Shown piece after piece: positions 13,740-29,356 of a DNA stretch of 51,199 bases. Numbering within the stretch: the stretch's first letter is position 1; each line of letters starts with the position of its first letter. The DNA comes from Trichinella spiralis. Taxonomy: Eukaryota. The translations under genes and the position numbers were made by a program. The stretch is from assembly GCF_000181795.1 (NCBI RefSeq), contig NW_003526948.1, positions 1,463,428-1,514,626 of the forward strand. The letters run 5' to 3'. The notes under the pieces are model-generated. The model was given only the letters and a program-made list of their open reading frames with translations. It had not been told where the DNA came from and searched no databases.

Positions 13740-15011
13740 CTACTTACTTATTTGTCAAGTCAATTAACAGACATTATGAGCTCCACTGGTTGTTTCTAGG
13801 TTCGCTTTATCTTGTCTGGCGATTATCTATCAATCAGATCCATTGAAATTGGCGATTTTGCCCAATTTAATCTCTTTGTTAACATTACCATTCAAATTCG
13901 ACACATTCACTGGTAAACTGACTTTTGTTTACAGTAAGCCAATAGACCAAACCAAACTTTTCAAAATTTACCATATCCATTACAGAATGATCAACTTGAA
14001 AAAACCGGTTTTACTACTGTACTTATTTGTATATATCCGATACGTTTTCTTTTTCGAGTTGAATAATAATCGGAACGGCATAATAATCACTTTTACCATT
14101 AACCGACACTTTTTCAAATTTTCATTTTATATATTATTATTATTATTATTATTTTAAAACGCTTCGTTTTGTAAAATTAAACAACCAAATTATTATTACT
14201 GAAAAATGTATTGAGGAGAGATGTTTGAACAATGTATTCGCTTTCAACTTTTATTTTCAATTTCTCATTTTATTTCATTTTTAAGTATTATCGCTGTCAG
14301 TGTATTTGAACCCATGCAAGCTACAGTATCCGTTATTGAGGAAAAAAAACAGAAATTTATACGGCGTTTCGTGAAAAAGCGATCACGTGTTCACAAGACA
14401 AGATAACAGCGGCAGGTGGGCTTTAAAATTTACCCACTATCGCGCTCGCCGCACTCTCAACTCAACCAACCATCGCGAATGGTTTTTAATAACAGTGATA
14501 AATCGATGTTTACTTTAAACATTGTTTGTTCAAATGAATTAATTATTGGAATGTTCATGTTCGACACTTTTTTTTTCTTCTTAAGTAATACCATTTATTT
14601 CTTCAACCGTACGATCAATGAAAACAAATTAAGCCATTAATCATGCAACGCTGGTCGCGATGCGTCGAAATGAAAAAGGCGCACACAATTTCAGCTAATG
14701 TGCTTTTGTTTTTATTTTATTCTCATTCAGTAAACTTCGAGCTACTATTTGACAACATTAAAACATAAAACGATGATATAGAATCATCACAGCTTCACAC
14801 AAATTGCCCACGATGACGCTATTACAAGCGTTGACTAAAGTGGGTCAGCAGACGAATAAAAATGAATTACAACATTAGGAGGCAGTTGTATATATATATA
14901 TATATGTAAACAGTGATAGTGATTAGAAATGGTGCTTGAATAAAAATTAATTAAACTTTCTAATAGCAGGAAAATGGAAATGGTACTTCAGTTTAAAAAA
15001 ATACAGCTAAA

Positions 15012-15530
15012 CTAATCAGAAACGCCCAAATAGTCGTCCATTAGAGTGCCTATTGCGAAAATGTTATTCGCGTCAACTCTGGTTCCCAAAATTTTCAAAC
15101 GAAGATTCATGTTGACGGTAATTTCAATCGACTCGTCTTCGTTGCAATAAGACATTGGCTGAGCAGTTGGACGAAATATCAAATCATGAGGTATGCAATG
15201 TCGGCTTATGAAAACCGTCAGCGGCCCAACGAGACAAAACAATCCCAATTTCGATACATTTTCAACTCGTCCCTCAACGACTTCATTCTTTATAGGTCGA
15301 TATACGACCGCTTGATATTTGATTGGAAAACGAACGAAGCCACATCCGGACTGCACCAATCCTGCCCCAATAGACAGGATGCCAGTTACGGTTATGATAA
15401 AACCATACTTTCCCATGCACTGCCCTTCAACTTCGAGAATCAATTTCTGACGAACAGTATTGTATAAATGAGGCCCGAAGTAGCGTGGATGCAAAAGTAC
15501 ATCGTGTTCCAAATTCATCAGAAAAAACAT
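15012..15530 (-). CDS. RPB7: DNA-directed RNA polymerase II subunit RPB7 (POLR2G/rpb-7), intronless, 172 aa
   Basis: MFF..LEHDVLLHPRYFGP..EVEGQCMGKYGF..FISRH.IP..LRLKILGTRVDANNIFAIGTLMDDYLG carries the RPB7 signature motifs and canonical length, in one uninterrupted ORF. Confidence 0.95.
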   Translation of the reverse strand: MFFLMNLEHDVLLHPRYFGPHLYNTVRQKLILEVEGQCMGKYGFIITVTGILSIGAGLVQSGCGFVRFPIKYQAVVYRPIKNEVVEGRVENVSKLGLFCLVGPLTVFISRHCIPHDLIFRPTAQPMSYCNEDESIEITVNMNLRLKILGTRVDANNIFAIGTLMDDYLGVSD

Positions 15531-16987
15531 TTTCGGTCACTTTTTTCAGAACTAAAAATTAAATCACTAAGACCAACAATACTGAAGCAATATACATTAG
15601 AATGACTTGAAAATGTAAACAATTAAAACGTTAAACTTTCTCACTTGTAACTAATAATAAACCAATGCTGATGGTAATAGATTAAAAAACAATTCTATTT
15701 ATATAAAAATACTTAGTTTAAACAGTTGCCATACCATTACCAGACGAATTGAACTTAAATGATGCAATTAATTTAATATCTGCCTCAGTTAGAATAAATT
15801 TAACTGTGATAATCAAATATTAATTATTTGAAAATTCTTCATTAATTGATGCAATAAAATGAACAACCGAACTAATGAAGCAAATAAAATCAAAAAACCA
15901 TTCACATGTCACAACGTTCAAAGAACAATAATGATACGGTATTTAAGACATTTAAGTAATATCATACTTTAATTCGAATCGTATAATTTAATAAAGAAAG
16001 TAAAATTAACATGAATATAAACTAATAAAAGTAATTTTTTAATTATAAAAAAGTTTCATTAATTAATAAACAATTTTTTAATACCAACGTACAGTATGTT
16101 TAAAATTTTACAAGCATGAACATGGTACAGTGTAATGAAATTGATTTCAATTCCAATATTACTTAGATTTCATTCAAATGAATTAAATTTATAATTATTC
16201 AAATATTTATATATGAATAATCTGTTTTTTATTTTGATTTAGAATTTATTTCTAACGCTTACCATAATAGCTGGAACTAATCACCTTATTTTTTTATTAC
16301 GGTAAAAAATTTTTTTTATAATTTATACGGTTTGTCGATGAAATTGACGTTCTTTCAGCTTTAAATAGCTTTATTATTAATTTAAATTAATATTAATACC
16401 AGAATTTTATGAATTGATCAATTAAATAGTTGCTAAGAAATCTGAAAATATCTTATTACTTGTAACTAAAAATCCATTCAAATTAAATTAAAATGAAACT
16501 CAACAAAAAATGAACAATTTTATTATTTAATTGTTTTTTATTAAATTCTTCAATTTTTTCAGTCAAGCACAGTTTTTTTACGTAATTAAGACGACTGCGC
16601 TAAAGACGAGACAGTTTTGAGTACTTAAATTTCACTACATTTAAACCTTAGTTAAACTGATGCAATATTTTACGCTAAAATGCAGTTATATTTCAGAATT
16701 ATCTATTTAAAACCACAATATGAAGAACATAAAAATATATTTATCTAGCGAACAATAATTAATCGACAACCTTTCAGTTTAAACTTGGATTTATTTTTCA
16801 GTTTTTATTTATGGGCATATTTGTCTGTTGCTTTATTAAAGCATTTTTACTTTCTAAATAGTTTACGTTTTCAAAATAATACCTCACGGGTAATTATTTA
16901 TTTTCAACTAATCATTTCATGTAATATTTTATTGCACTTCAAGAAAGCAGGATAAGAGCGTAATATTTAAAGTCGAACGCTTTCTAT

Positions 16988-17512
16988 TCATTCCACTTTC
17001 CTAGTATGTCTGATTCTCGAAATATGAAGTAGTCCTGAAAAAAAGTCGCTTTTATTCGGTTATTTAATTTTACATGTTTATTTTACTTTGTTTTCCATGG
17101 AAACTTTCGTTCCTCCATACTCTGGCAGTAGAACATGATCACCAACTTTGACAGACAACGGGATTATTTTACCTTCCTATAACAATTTGATTTAAAATTC
17201 AAAAACAAACTAAAACAACTAAAAAATTTTTGAATAATTTACGTCAGTTCTGGTTCCTTGACCAGTTGCCAATACGACCGCTTCCAATACTTTGCCTTGC
17301 GCTTTTTCCGGTATCATGATTCCTCCTTTTGTTTTCGTTTCTGGTGCAAATTTTTCCACCAAAAGACGATCAAACAGTGGTACAAATTTTTTCACCGCAT
17401 CCGTTGCCTGACGAAACAACATAACATTAGCAAGTTCAACATTCGATTTCATTAAAATGATTTCAAACTTCATAACACTTACCACACCTCGCCTAAACAT
17501 GAGAAGCGCCAT
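16988..17512 (-). CDS. HSPE1: Mitochondrial 10 kDa chaperonin (HSP10/Cpn10), 4 exons
   Basis: Spliced: MALLMFRRGV|ATDAVKKFVPLFDRLLVEKFAPETKTKGGIMIPEKAQGKVLEAVVLATGQGTRTD|EGKIIPLSVKVGDHVLLPEYGGTKVSMENK|DYFIFRESDILGKVE*. Cpn10 motifs PLxDR, TKGGI, VGD.VLLPEYGG and ESDILG are present. Confidence 0.96.
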
Positions 17513-17849
17513 GCTGCTAATCGTTCAAATCAACACCTATAGACAGCGGATCAATTTCTATACTGATGTTGTATTTTCAAAAGTGAAAGATTTGAAATTG
17601 TAAATTATTTTTGTTCCCTAACCAATCACTAATTCGTAAAACCTAGCTGACCAATCAGATGGACGTGACGTCAAAACTTGCATCATGTTTAGTTTCTAGA
17701 AATTTCTAGAAGTCCAACGGTACTCAAAAGAGAACTCAGGTGTCATTATATTCTGCGCTGTTGTGCAGGGAGGGTGCAGTGCTTAGCGCTCCGTGAAACT
17801 TTCATCGTACACGTTTGCGATAACTGTTGTCGAGTGTTATTAGAAAATA
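17513..17849. promoter_or_regulatory. Bidirectional HSP10/HSP60 promoter with a heat-shock element, CCAAT boxes and a CRE/ATF site
   Basis: Four alternating nGAAn units tTTCt-aGAAa-tTTCt-aGAAg at 17693-17712. CCAAT at 17622 and 17651. Palindromic TGACGTCA at 17666-17673. Lies between divergent start codons. Confidence 0.85.
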
Positions 17850-20906
<3,057 letters not shown>

Positions 20907-22265
20907 AACAGCCAGTCCATGGTTGTGATACGTTCTATCTCATGAGGTGATTTCATCCCGTGCGCTGCTATGAATAAAATAAGGATAAATTTACTGTTCA
21001 ATTTATTTATTGTAATTATGAATGTAAATGCAAAATGAAAACTGCTTTTCTGCATCATTATTACACATAATTTATATCCAAAAGAACAGCTCTCGTCGCA
21101 TATTACGCATAAAAAGGAAAATGTTTTAACATAGTCAAGAAATCACTTTTAAAATACCATAATTTTGTCCTTAATCCAAATTAAAAATTCAGAGTAAAAA
21201 TATATTTAATTTCCATGAATTTTGCCAACGCTTGAATAGATTATTCAGCGTTGCATTAGAAACGCAAATCCGAGTATGCCCCACAATGTAAAACAAAAAA
21301 CCAACAAACTGTCAACAATAAATCGAACTTAACATAGTGGAACAAAATGTATATCGTACCCTTTTTAATAAATGTGCATTTAAGCTAATTCTTTCACTGT
21401 TTGCGTTGAAATGTAAAACAGAAGGCACTGCGAGCAAATAATCTATTTACTTTGGCCACGTTTTGCTAAATATGAAACATATTTATCATGATTACTGTAA
21501 TTAAATGAATTGTCTTTATCTTGTTTTAATGTGCAAATAAAAAATAAATTTATTAGAAAAGCAATTTTTATTTGAAAATTCTTATTAAAATAGACATGCA
21601 GAACTTCTTAATTTTTAATTAATCATAAGTGAAAATATTGAAAATTACTTTTTATTAATTATATCAGCATTTAATTCTATTAAAACAAATTGTTCATTTA
21701 ATTTTAAAATCAAACTCGTCTACTATTAATTGTTTAATAAGTATCACCTAATAAAAAATGCTGGAAGATTCATCAGTAAAGCCAATGATGTAATAGTAAA
21801 ACTTTATTTTAGATACAATATGTGAACGGTGAAAATTAAATGCTAAAACAGAAAAGTTGTTTCAAATTCAAACTATCACTGAATCCATTAAAGAGTAAAA
21901 TATTTGAAATGTCTTTAAAATATATTTTCCATTAAAAACATTTTAGTTTTATACGTATAATCTGAAAGATTATCTATACTTTTGCACACTTGAAAAAATC
22001 AACAAATCGCACAATTTACAAAGTCGCGTGTATTATTGAAGTAGTTTTAATGGAAGTTCAAATTCGATTATAATATAGCTTTATTTTTCTGCTTTTATGA
22101 ATACTTCTTTTTCGTGCTATACACCATTCAGCTGAAACATTCTTTTGTAAAGTTTTTAGAAAGAGATATTCTAGATATTAAAATAAATTATTCGTACTTG
22201 AAAATCATCTATCAAGAGCAAATGTATGCTGTTATGTTCAATATGATTTAATCTGTTATGCATCT

Positions 22266-23997
22266 ATGGTAGTTGAAAGTAGCATTCCTATGTTAACTAG
22301 CGATGATGAGCAACCATTGCTGTTCATGACATTTCATCTTTCAAATTGTGCCGTTGGTGTGGGCATTTTATCATTACCGTTTTGTTTTCAACAAGTATGA
22401 TTATTATTTTGAAATTGTTTAAATTTAAATTGCTTATTTTAGTGCGGAATTTTGCTTGGGACGATAGTACTGCTATTCTGTGGTGTTTTGACAAAAATTG
22501 CCTGTCGACTTCTAGTGTTGGGTTGTCGTGTGGTCGACGAAATCAGCTATGAAAACTATGCATATAGGGTTTTTGGACGGGCAGGTCGTCTGGCAGTTGA
22601 AATTTCGAATATTTCTTATTTATTAGGGACACTTACTGCGTATTTTGTAATTTTTGGCAATTTGACTGTCTCGTTTGCGTTGAAGTTGCTCAACTATTAT
22701 ACTGGCCAAATTTCGACTGAAATTTTGACTTGGAATCCGGTAGCAATTTTTTTCTCTGCCACAGTTGTGATCACTCCGCTCAGTCTTTGGGCCACACCTC
22801 GTTTTATGGGTCACCTTAGCTTTGTATCTTTATCTTCTTATGCAGTTTTGGTTTTGCATGTCGCTTTTACTGGCCTCCCCAAACTGTTCAGTGAATTCAC
22901 TTCGATGAAAGTGAGTTGAAATATCCACTGAATGATGTATGCTTTCAAAATTAAATTCAAATCTTTAATCCAGGTAAATTGGTGGCGACCAGAGGGTATT
23001 TGGATTGCATTTCCCGTTTTTACAATCGCTTTGATGTGCCAGCCCGCTCTTTTTACAGTAGTTGGAGAATTTTCACTTCGACGATTTTTCAGTATTAACA
23101 AAATCATCACCGGTGCTGTGAATGTTTGCTGTTCATTGTACTTGTTGGTTCGATTATTTTTTTTTTCATCCACAGTTTCTTGATCTATTCTTTCTTTTCG
23201 TTTTTTCTTTATTTAGACTGCTATTTTTGGTTATGTCTCTTACCAAGATGACGTTTCTGGAAATATTTTACTATCACTCAAACCAGGTGTATTCAATGAA
23301 TTGGTCGAATTTGCATTTTTGGTCTCTTTAGCTGTCAGCTATCCGTTGTTATTGTTTCCATGTCGATATACTGTATGCAGTCTTCTTGAACATTTTGTGA
23401 GCATTGAATGCATATTTTTGCAAACGTTTTTGTCACAAATGCTTATTTTCAGAATATATTGTCAGTGAATCATTTTGCTCAGGGAAATCAGTTGAAAAAT
23501 TACCGTTTCCGTTGGCTTTCTATAACAATATCAATTGTGTTTTTCTCAGCTGCATTAGCTAGCATTTCTCCAAACGGTATTTTAAAAAGAATTTTCACTA
23601 CAGTGTTAGAAGTGTACTGTGTGTGTTCTGTTTATAGTTGAATATATTCTTGAATTGTGTGGCTCATTAGCCGGCTCTACTATTGGATTTATACTACCAG
23701 CTGTTTTATATTTACAAGTGTCATCTTCTAAAGAAATTCAACGTCGATTTGAAGCTACGGTAAGTTTAAAAAGTCTGAAACGAAAAATACGTACCGCATA
23801 TAACTTTGAAAATGAATTTTTGTTCATTTCAGGTATGTTTACTAATCGGTGTGTGCATGTTCTGTTCGTCAGTGTTTCACATGTTGCCTGTTGAAGAAAA
23901 TTTCTCTGTTGAAATCAATAAAAAAATGTTCACCGTTTCATCTACACTTCCAACTGCATCATATTTTGCGTTGAACGAAACCATTTCTGCAATGTAA
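22266..23997 (+). CDS. SLC38A10-like amino acid transporter (Aa_trans family), about 7 exons
   Basis: MVVESS..SNCAVGVGILSLPFCFQQ|CGILLGTIVLL..YAYRVFGRAGRLAVE..LLGTLTAYFVIFGNL..FGYVSY..SGNILL..SYPLLLFPCR..ILELCGSLAGSTIGFILPA, with many TM segments. The 3' end is uncertain: a possible extra exon could extend it to about 24078. Confidence 0.85.
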
Positions 23998-24693
23998 AGC
24001 TTGTTTCTCGTGCTTCTCACTGCATTGCAGTTCTCGTTTGTCTATTTCAGTTGTATCACTGTTGAAACATTTTGTTAATATGAGAAATAAAATTTTCGCA
24101 ATGCCAGCAATTTGTTCAATTAATACAGTAACATGATAATTTGCTTAATTTTTTTTATTTCAGTATGCTTTCAAACTTTCAATTTTTTGTTATTTCATTA
24201 TAACTACTTTTTTCATCCAGAAAAATACGATCAGTTAATAGTTTTTCAACTTATTCATTGAAACAAACAGTGATTTGCTCTTAATTTTCAAAACTTACAG
24301 TAATTTGCTTCTTGTTTCTATCAGCTCCACGTGAGTACTGCATTCAAATTATTATACGAATATAATTATTTTTATTATGTGATTGTTTTGAATTGAGTTT
24401 AATAAAAATATAATAAGCAATTATTTTTATTAATTTATTTACGCATATGTTTTGTAACTGGTTAATAAACGTATCTGTTATTGTTTTAACGAATTTTGTA
24501 ATATTTTATAATTTTTTAATCATTATAAAATAAAAAAGAAGTGTTTTTTTGAATATGAATGCTGCATCTTTATACTTTGGTTTTAAAATTAAGTATTTCA
24601 TACAAATAGCAAATTTACCAACTCGTACTATCTTCTTTAAAAGATCCTTACACAACTTCCTTTGTAATCTGAGAAATATTTTCTGTAATAGTT

Positions 24694-24771
24694 ATTATAT
24701 TATATTATATTATATTATATTATATTATATTATATTATATTATATTATATTATATTATATTATATTATATT
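24694..24771. repeat. (TATAT)n pentanucleotide microsatellite
   Basis: About 15 tandem copies seen directly. It causes the spurious YYIIL ORF. Confidence 0.92.
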
Positions 24772-24809
24772 TATTATGATTTTAAATACCACGAATTTCT
24801 TTTTAGATA

Positions 24810-26581
24810 ATGAGCAACATTTATATTACCGAACCGATTACAAATGGCAAAGTAATTATTTTCATTATTTTGTTAAGTATCAACAAAAAATTATAAAATA
24901 GCGTACGTTTAAGCTAATTAAGTATGTTAATTGGAAAATGAATGACTGTAACGTAAACTTTTTTCTTCGTAATAACGTATCCGATTGATGTTCTCATAGT
25001 TCATGATAATTTTATCAAGTGTTAAAAATTTCTCGTATTTAACCGTTTTATATTTTAAGTCTACATTGACGTTTGAATTTAAAACTGTTTATAATTTTCA
25101 TTATGTCTAAGCTCAACTGCTAATGGTGGAGTTTTAATTGTTTTTACTTTTATGAAGTGGAAAGTTTTTCTTGAATTCTTAAATGTAGTATATCAGAGTT
25201 GTGCGTGTGAATTTTATATTTCATTCAATGGCAGGTTGTTTAATTTTTTTGATAAACGTTGAAATAATTTTGATTAGAGAATATGGTAAATTTGTTTGAA
25301 AAATAGTGTTTTAAATTGTATTTAATTTTGTTTTTGAATTCTATTTTTTTGAATTTTTAGGTCCGCTTGAAAACCACCGTGGGTGATATCGATGTTGAAC
25401 TGTGGTCGAAAGAATGTCCGCTGGCTTGCCGAAATTTTATTCAATTAGCAATGGAAGGATATTATGATGGTACTATATTTCATCGAGTGGAACGTGGATT
25501 TATAGTGCAAGGCGGTGATCCAACAGGGACGGGATTTGGCGGAGAGTCGGTGTATTCAGAGCCATTTAAAGTATGATATGTGTTTTTAATTTTTTGAATA
25601 TTAACTTCCTCTTTTACAGTTCAGTGAAGTTTAAGTTGGAGCAATTAATAATTGATACACTTTTGTCATATGAGAAGTTATAACAGCAGTTTTTCTTTTT
25701 ATTTGTAGAATTTATGAGTGCCCGATTGTTATCATTCACAGATATAACCTTTGTTTTGTAGGATGAATTTCACAGTCGTCTGCGATATATACGACGTGGA
25801 TTAGTTGGCATGGCCAGCAGCGGTCGCTGCACAAATGGGTCTCAATTTTTCTTCACGTTGGCAGAAACTCCAGAATTGCAGAACAAGCACACACTTTTTG
25901 GAAAAGTAATTTTACTGTTTTGATTTGCATATTTTAAAAGTATAATTTTTCAGTTTATTATGTAATTTTACATTTTACAGGATAATTTCGTTTTCGATTA
26001 TTTTTTTCAAATTATTTTCTCTGTTAGGTGGGTGGCGTTACTTTGTACAACATGCTTCGTTTGGGTGAATGCGAAGTTGACCAAAACATGCGGCCACTTC
26101 ATCCTGAAAAGATAATTGGATGCGAAGTGAGTAAATGTTTTTTTTTTGTAATTTTAAAAAATTTTGTATTTTTTTCTTTATTAAAGGTAATTGTAAATCC
26201 ATTTGATGATATTGTACCGCGTATCGCTCGCGTACCTGAACCCAAGGCCGATTTACCAAAAAAGAGTGCACCTCAAACAAAGTAAATATATTTTTTTTTA
26301 TTTCTGATTTATTTGTTAAAATGAAAAAGATCTGAAATTGTGAAGTACAGTAAATTTTATCGCGAGTGTGTAGTGAGTGCAACTACAGTATTATGTTTTG
26401 CAGGGATAGTTTTTATACTGTAGAGTTTAAAAGTTTTTTATTTGAAAGAATTTTTTTTTATTTTGAATTTTAATTGAAATTCTTTTGCATTTGCTTTAGA
26501 AATTTGAGTTTGTTGTCGTTTGCAGAAGAGGAGGGAGATGATGATGAAGAGACGGCTGCAAAAATTAAGGAAGTATGTATA

Positions 26582-26630
<49 letters not shown>

Positions 26631-27967
26631 AATGAATTCATTCATTGTTATGCACGCATCATTGCACTTTTTTATTGTTTTTTTGTTGTAAATGTAGTAC
26701 TTTAATGCAAATTATTTTAATTTAGAAAATTGCATCGAAAGGAAAAAGTGTGCATGATTTAGTGGACCACCAAGTAAGTTCCAGTTCTACACATCAGGAA
26801 ATTAAAGACGCTGAAAGTAGTTATAAGGTAAGTAAGTTGGACTGGAAAAAAAATAAAGCTAGATTGTAATTAGTGATGAAGATAATTTCAAAAAAAGGGC
26901 TATTATTATTATTTGTTGTTTTTTATTTTTGAGGCTGGCAGTTGTCGTCTTGACGTGAGTGAACGTATCAGACAAGTTCTGTTGGCCAAGCAAAAACATC
27001 CCGAAGCGAAGATAAAGTTGCGTATAGCGAAAGCTGGCAAATCGACCAATTTGGAAATCTCTGGCGATAATAAGGGTCAGTCTAACGATGATGCAGATCT
27101 TTTGAGCGGTGATTTGATGAAAAAGAAAGATGATGAATTGTAAGTGGATTTTGTAAATTGACTTGGCAATAGGCAAATTTAAATTTTGATCAGTTCTTTT
27201 GTATGTGATGTTTTTCAATGAATAAAATAATAATTGCACTTTTAGGTTAGCAGTCAAATGTGCTTTCAGAGCTATGTGCCGAGAATATAAAAAATATAAG
27301 AAGGACGATACTCCGACTGTTGAAGGTATGCAATTGAATGAGATTATTTAATTTCCAACTCTTTCTATACTAGGTGAAATGAAATAATGACAATTGCCAA
27401 ATTTATCTTTCTCTTCTGCTGACACTTCCACTGAAGTGTTGTGTTTAAATTTAATGATAAAATAGCATTCACATATTATGATTGAGAGAAATAGAAATGC
27501 TATAATAACCATTTATTGAATCAAATGAATTTACAAGTTATGGAAAAAAGAAATGTATGTGTTTTTTTCAGATAAGAATTTAACTCCAGCTTTATCGGAA
27601 TATTTTGCTGAAAAAGAAAAATACAAAGCGAAATGTGCCGCTGCGTTGAAGAGTGAAAACACGAAACGAGATGTAAAGTTTGTTAATTTATTTAATATTG
27701 TTAATAAATATTTTTACATTAAGAAGCGATATTTATTTTAAAGAGACGTTGTTGTAATTTGAATAATATTTGTATTGTTGTGATTAATTTAAGTTTCTAG
27801 TTGCTGTGCTTTTTTTGTGACAAAAGAAAATAATTTTCATCGGATATATTATTCATTTTTTGTTACAGATGTCAAAGATTATAAACAGAATGGCCGGGAA
27901 GCGGAATATTTCAGATGCAGATGAAGACGATGATGATAGCAAGAAAGCGGATGACGATACGAAATGA
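24810..27967 (+). CDS. CWC27: Spliceosome-associated cyclophilin-type protein CWC27 (SDCCAG10), about 11 exons
   Basis: MSNIYITEPITNGK|VRLKTTVGDIDVELWSKECPLACRNFIQLAMEGYYDGTIFHRVERGFIVQGGDPTGTGFGGES..|DEFHSRLRYIRRGLVGMA..NGSQFFFTL..ELQNKHTLFGK|..NPFDDIVPR..|NLSLLSFAEE..|KGKSVHDL are diagnostic CWC27 segments. The 3' exons and stop are less certain. Confidence 0.88.
26593..26626. repeat. (TG)n microsatellite (intronic)
   Basis: Seen directly, preceded by (TA)n. Confidence 0.9.
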
Positions 27968-29304
27968 ATAAAAACAAAGTGAGTGAATTATTGAAATAAT
28001 AAACGTAGATATATTTTCAAACGTTCAAACGATCCATGTTGTACTTTTAACAGCTTATTAATAATTAAGCTTTATTAAGTAAACGTTTAAAAGAAAATAT
28101 CAATTTTCTTCTTGTTGTAAAATCATCTGCTCGAAATTTCAACTTATTTCATGTGAACAGTTTACACAACATTTGCATATGCAAAAATAGATGCGATTGT
28201 TAGCATTTGATTAATTAGAAGATTAATTAGATGATGTACATGTTGAAAAAGCTATTTAATTTTTCAGGTTAGCAAGCAAGCACTTTGCCTTAATCTTCTG
28301 TATTATGTGAAGTCAATGTTTAAAAGTATGCAATTAGAAATGTTGCCTCATCAGCGGAAACTACAGCGGTAGATGGTGATGGTTACTTGGTTTTTCAAAA
28401 AGAAATAAATAACAGTATATAAATATATATATATTTATATTAATTGTATTGAAATTGTGTTCAACCATTTACGATATAATACGATATTATCAAAATGATG
28501 ATGGTTGACAAGAATTGATTAAATTGAATTTGCTTATTGTAGTCAGTAGCGATGTTTTCCATTTATATTTTAAATGAACTGTGTCATTTAATTTTATTTA
28601 TGTATTTGTAAACGTTGAATAAATAAAAGATATATTGAATCAACGTTGACAATAATTGAGAAGGAAAAAGATATACGCAACATTAGAAATGAATGCATTT
28701 TTTATTATTTATTTATTTATTGAAAACGTGAAATTTTATGCTCTCATTCTATTATGTGGTGCAATATTGAAAACGTAAACACCGGCACAAATATACAAGT
28801 TATTAGTAATTATTGCGCTTTTCAAAAATCTGGTTTACCAATGCTGGCTACAACAACAGAAACACACCCTGGCGTGATTTCAGCAAATGAGAACTTTGCT
28901 CTTTGTTCATGAAGCCGTTTAAATTGTGTGAAAATAATTTTTCCGTTTCTCATGCAAAGTTCTTCATCTGTACAATATATTGTGTTTCTTTTTCTCTACC
29001 CAGTGTTGTTCGTCTTTTCATTACATCTCTAAACAAAGGAGGTAACAAATAAATTTAATAATATTTGAATTAATTTCGTCGGTTTGCATCAATTATCGAT
29101 TCATATTAGCACTGACTGCGCTTTGTTGACTTTGATCATTTTGCGGGCTTTTTCAAATTAATAATTACTATTTATGGTTGCATTTATTTATTTTTTGAAT
29201 CTGTAAAATTTGGTGAATTATGTTTTGTGAAAAATTATAATTGAAAAAGGCAACGTTGATATTAGAGTTGATGAAATAATTTTCATTTTTCACGGATATT
29301 ATAA

Positions 29305-29356
<52 letters not shown>
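29305..29356. repeat. (AAT)n microsatellite
   Basis: About 17 tandem copies seen directly. Confidence 0.9.

Noticed and set aside
24549..24779. ORFs with YYIIL repeats (also 47204-47503)
   Set aside because: Translations of (TATAT)n microsatellites.
28822..29030. Possible small two-exon minus-strand gene (MKRRTTL|DEELCMRNGK...)
   Set aside because: Needs an unusually short intron, gives about 56 aa with no homology, and is compatible with chance.
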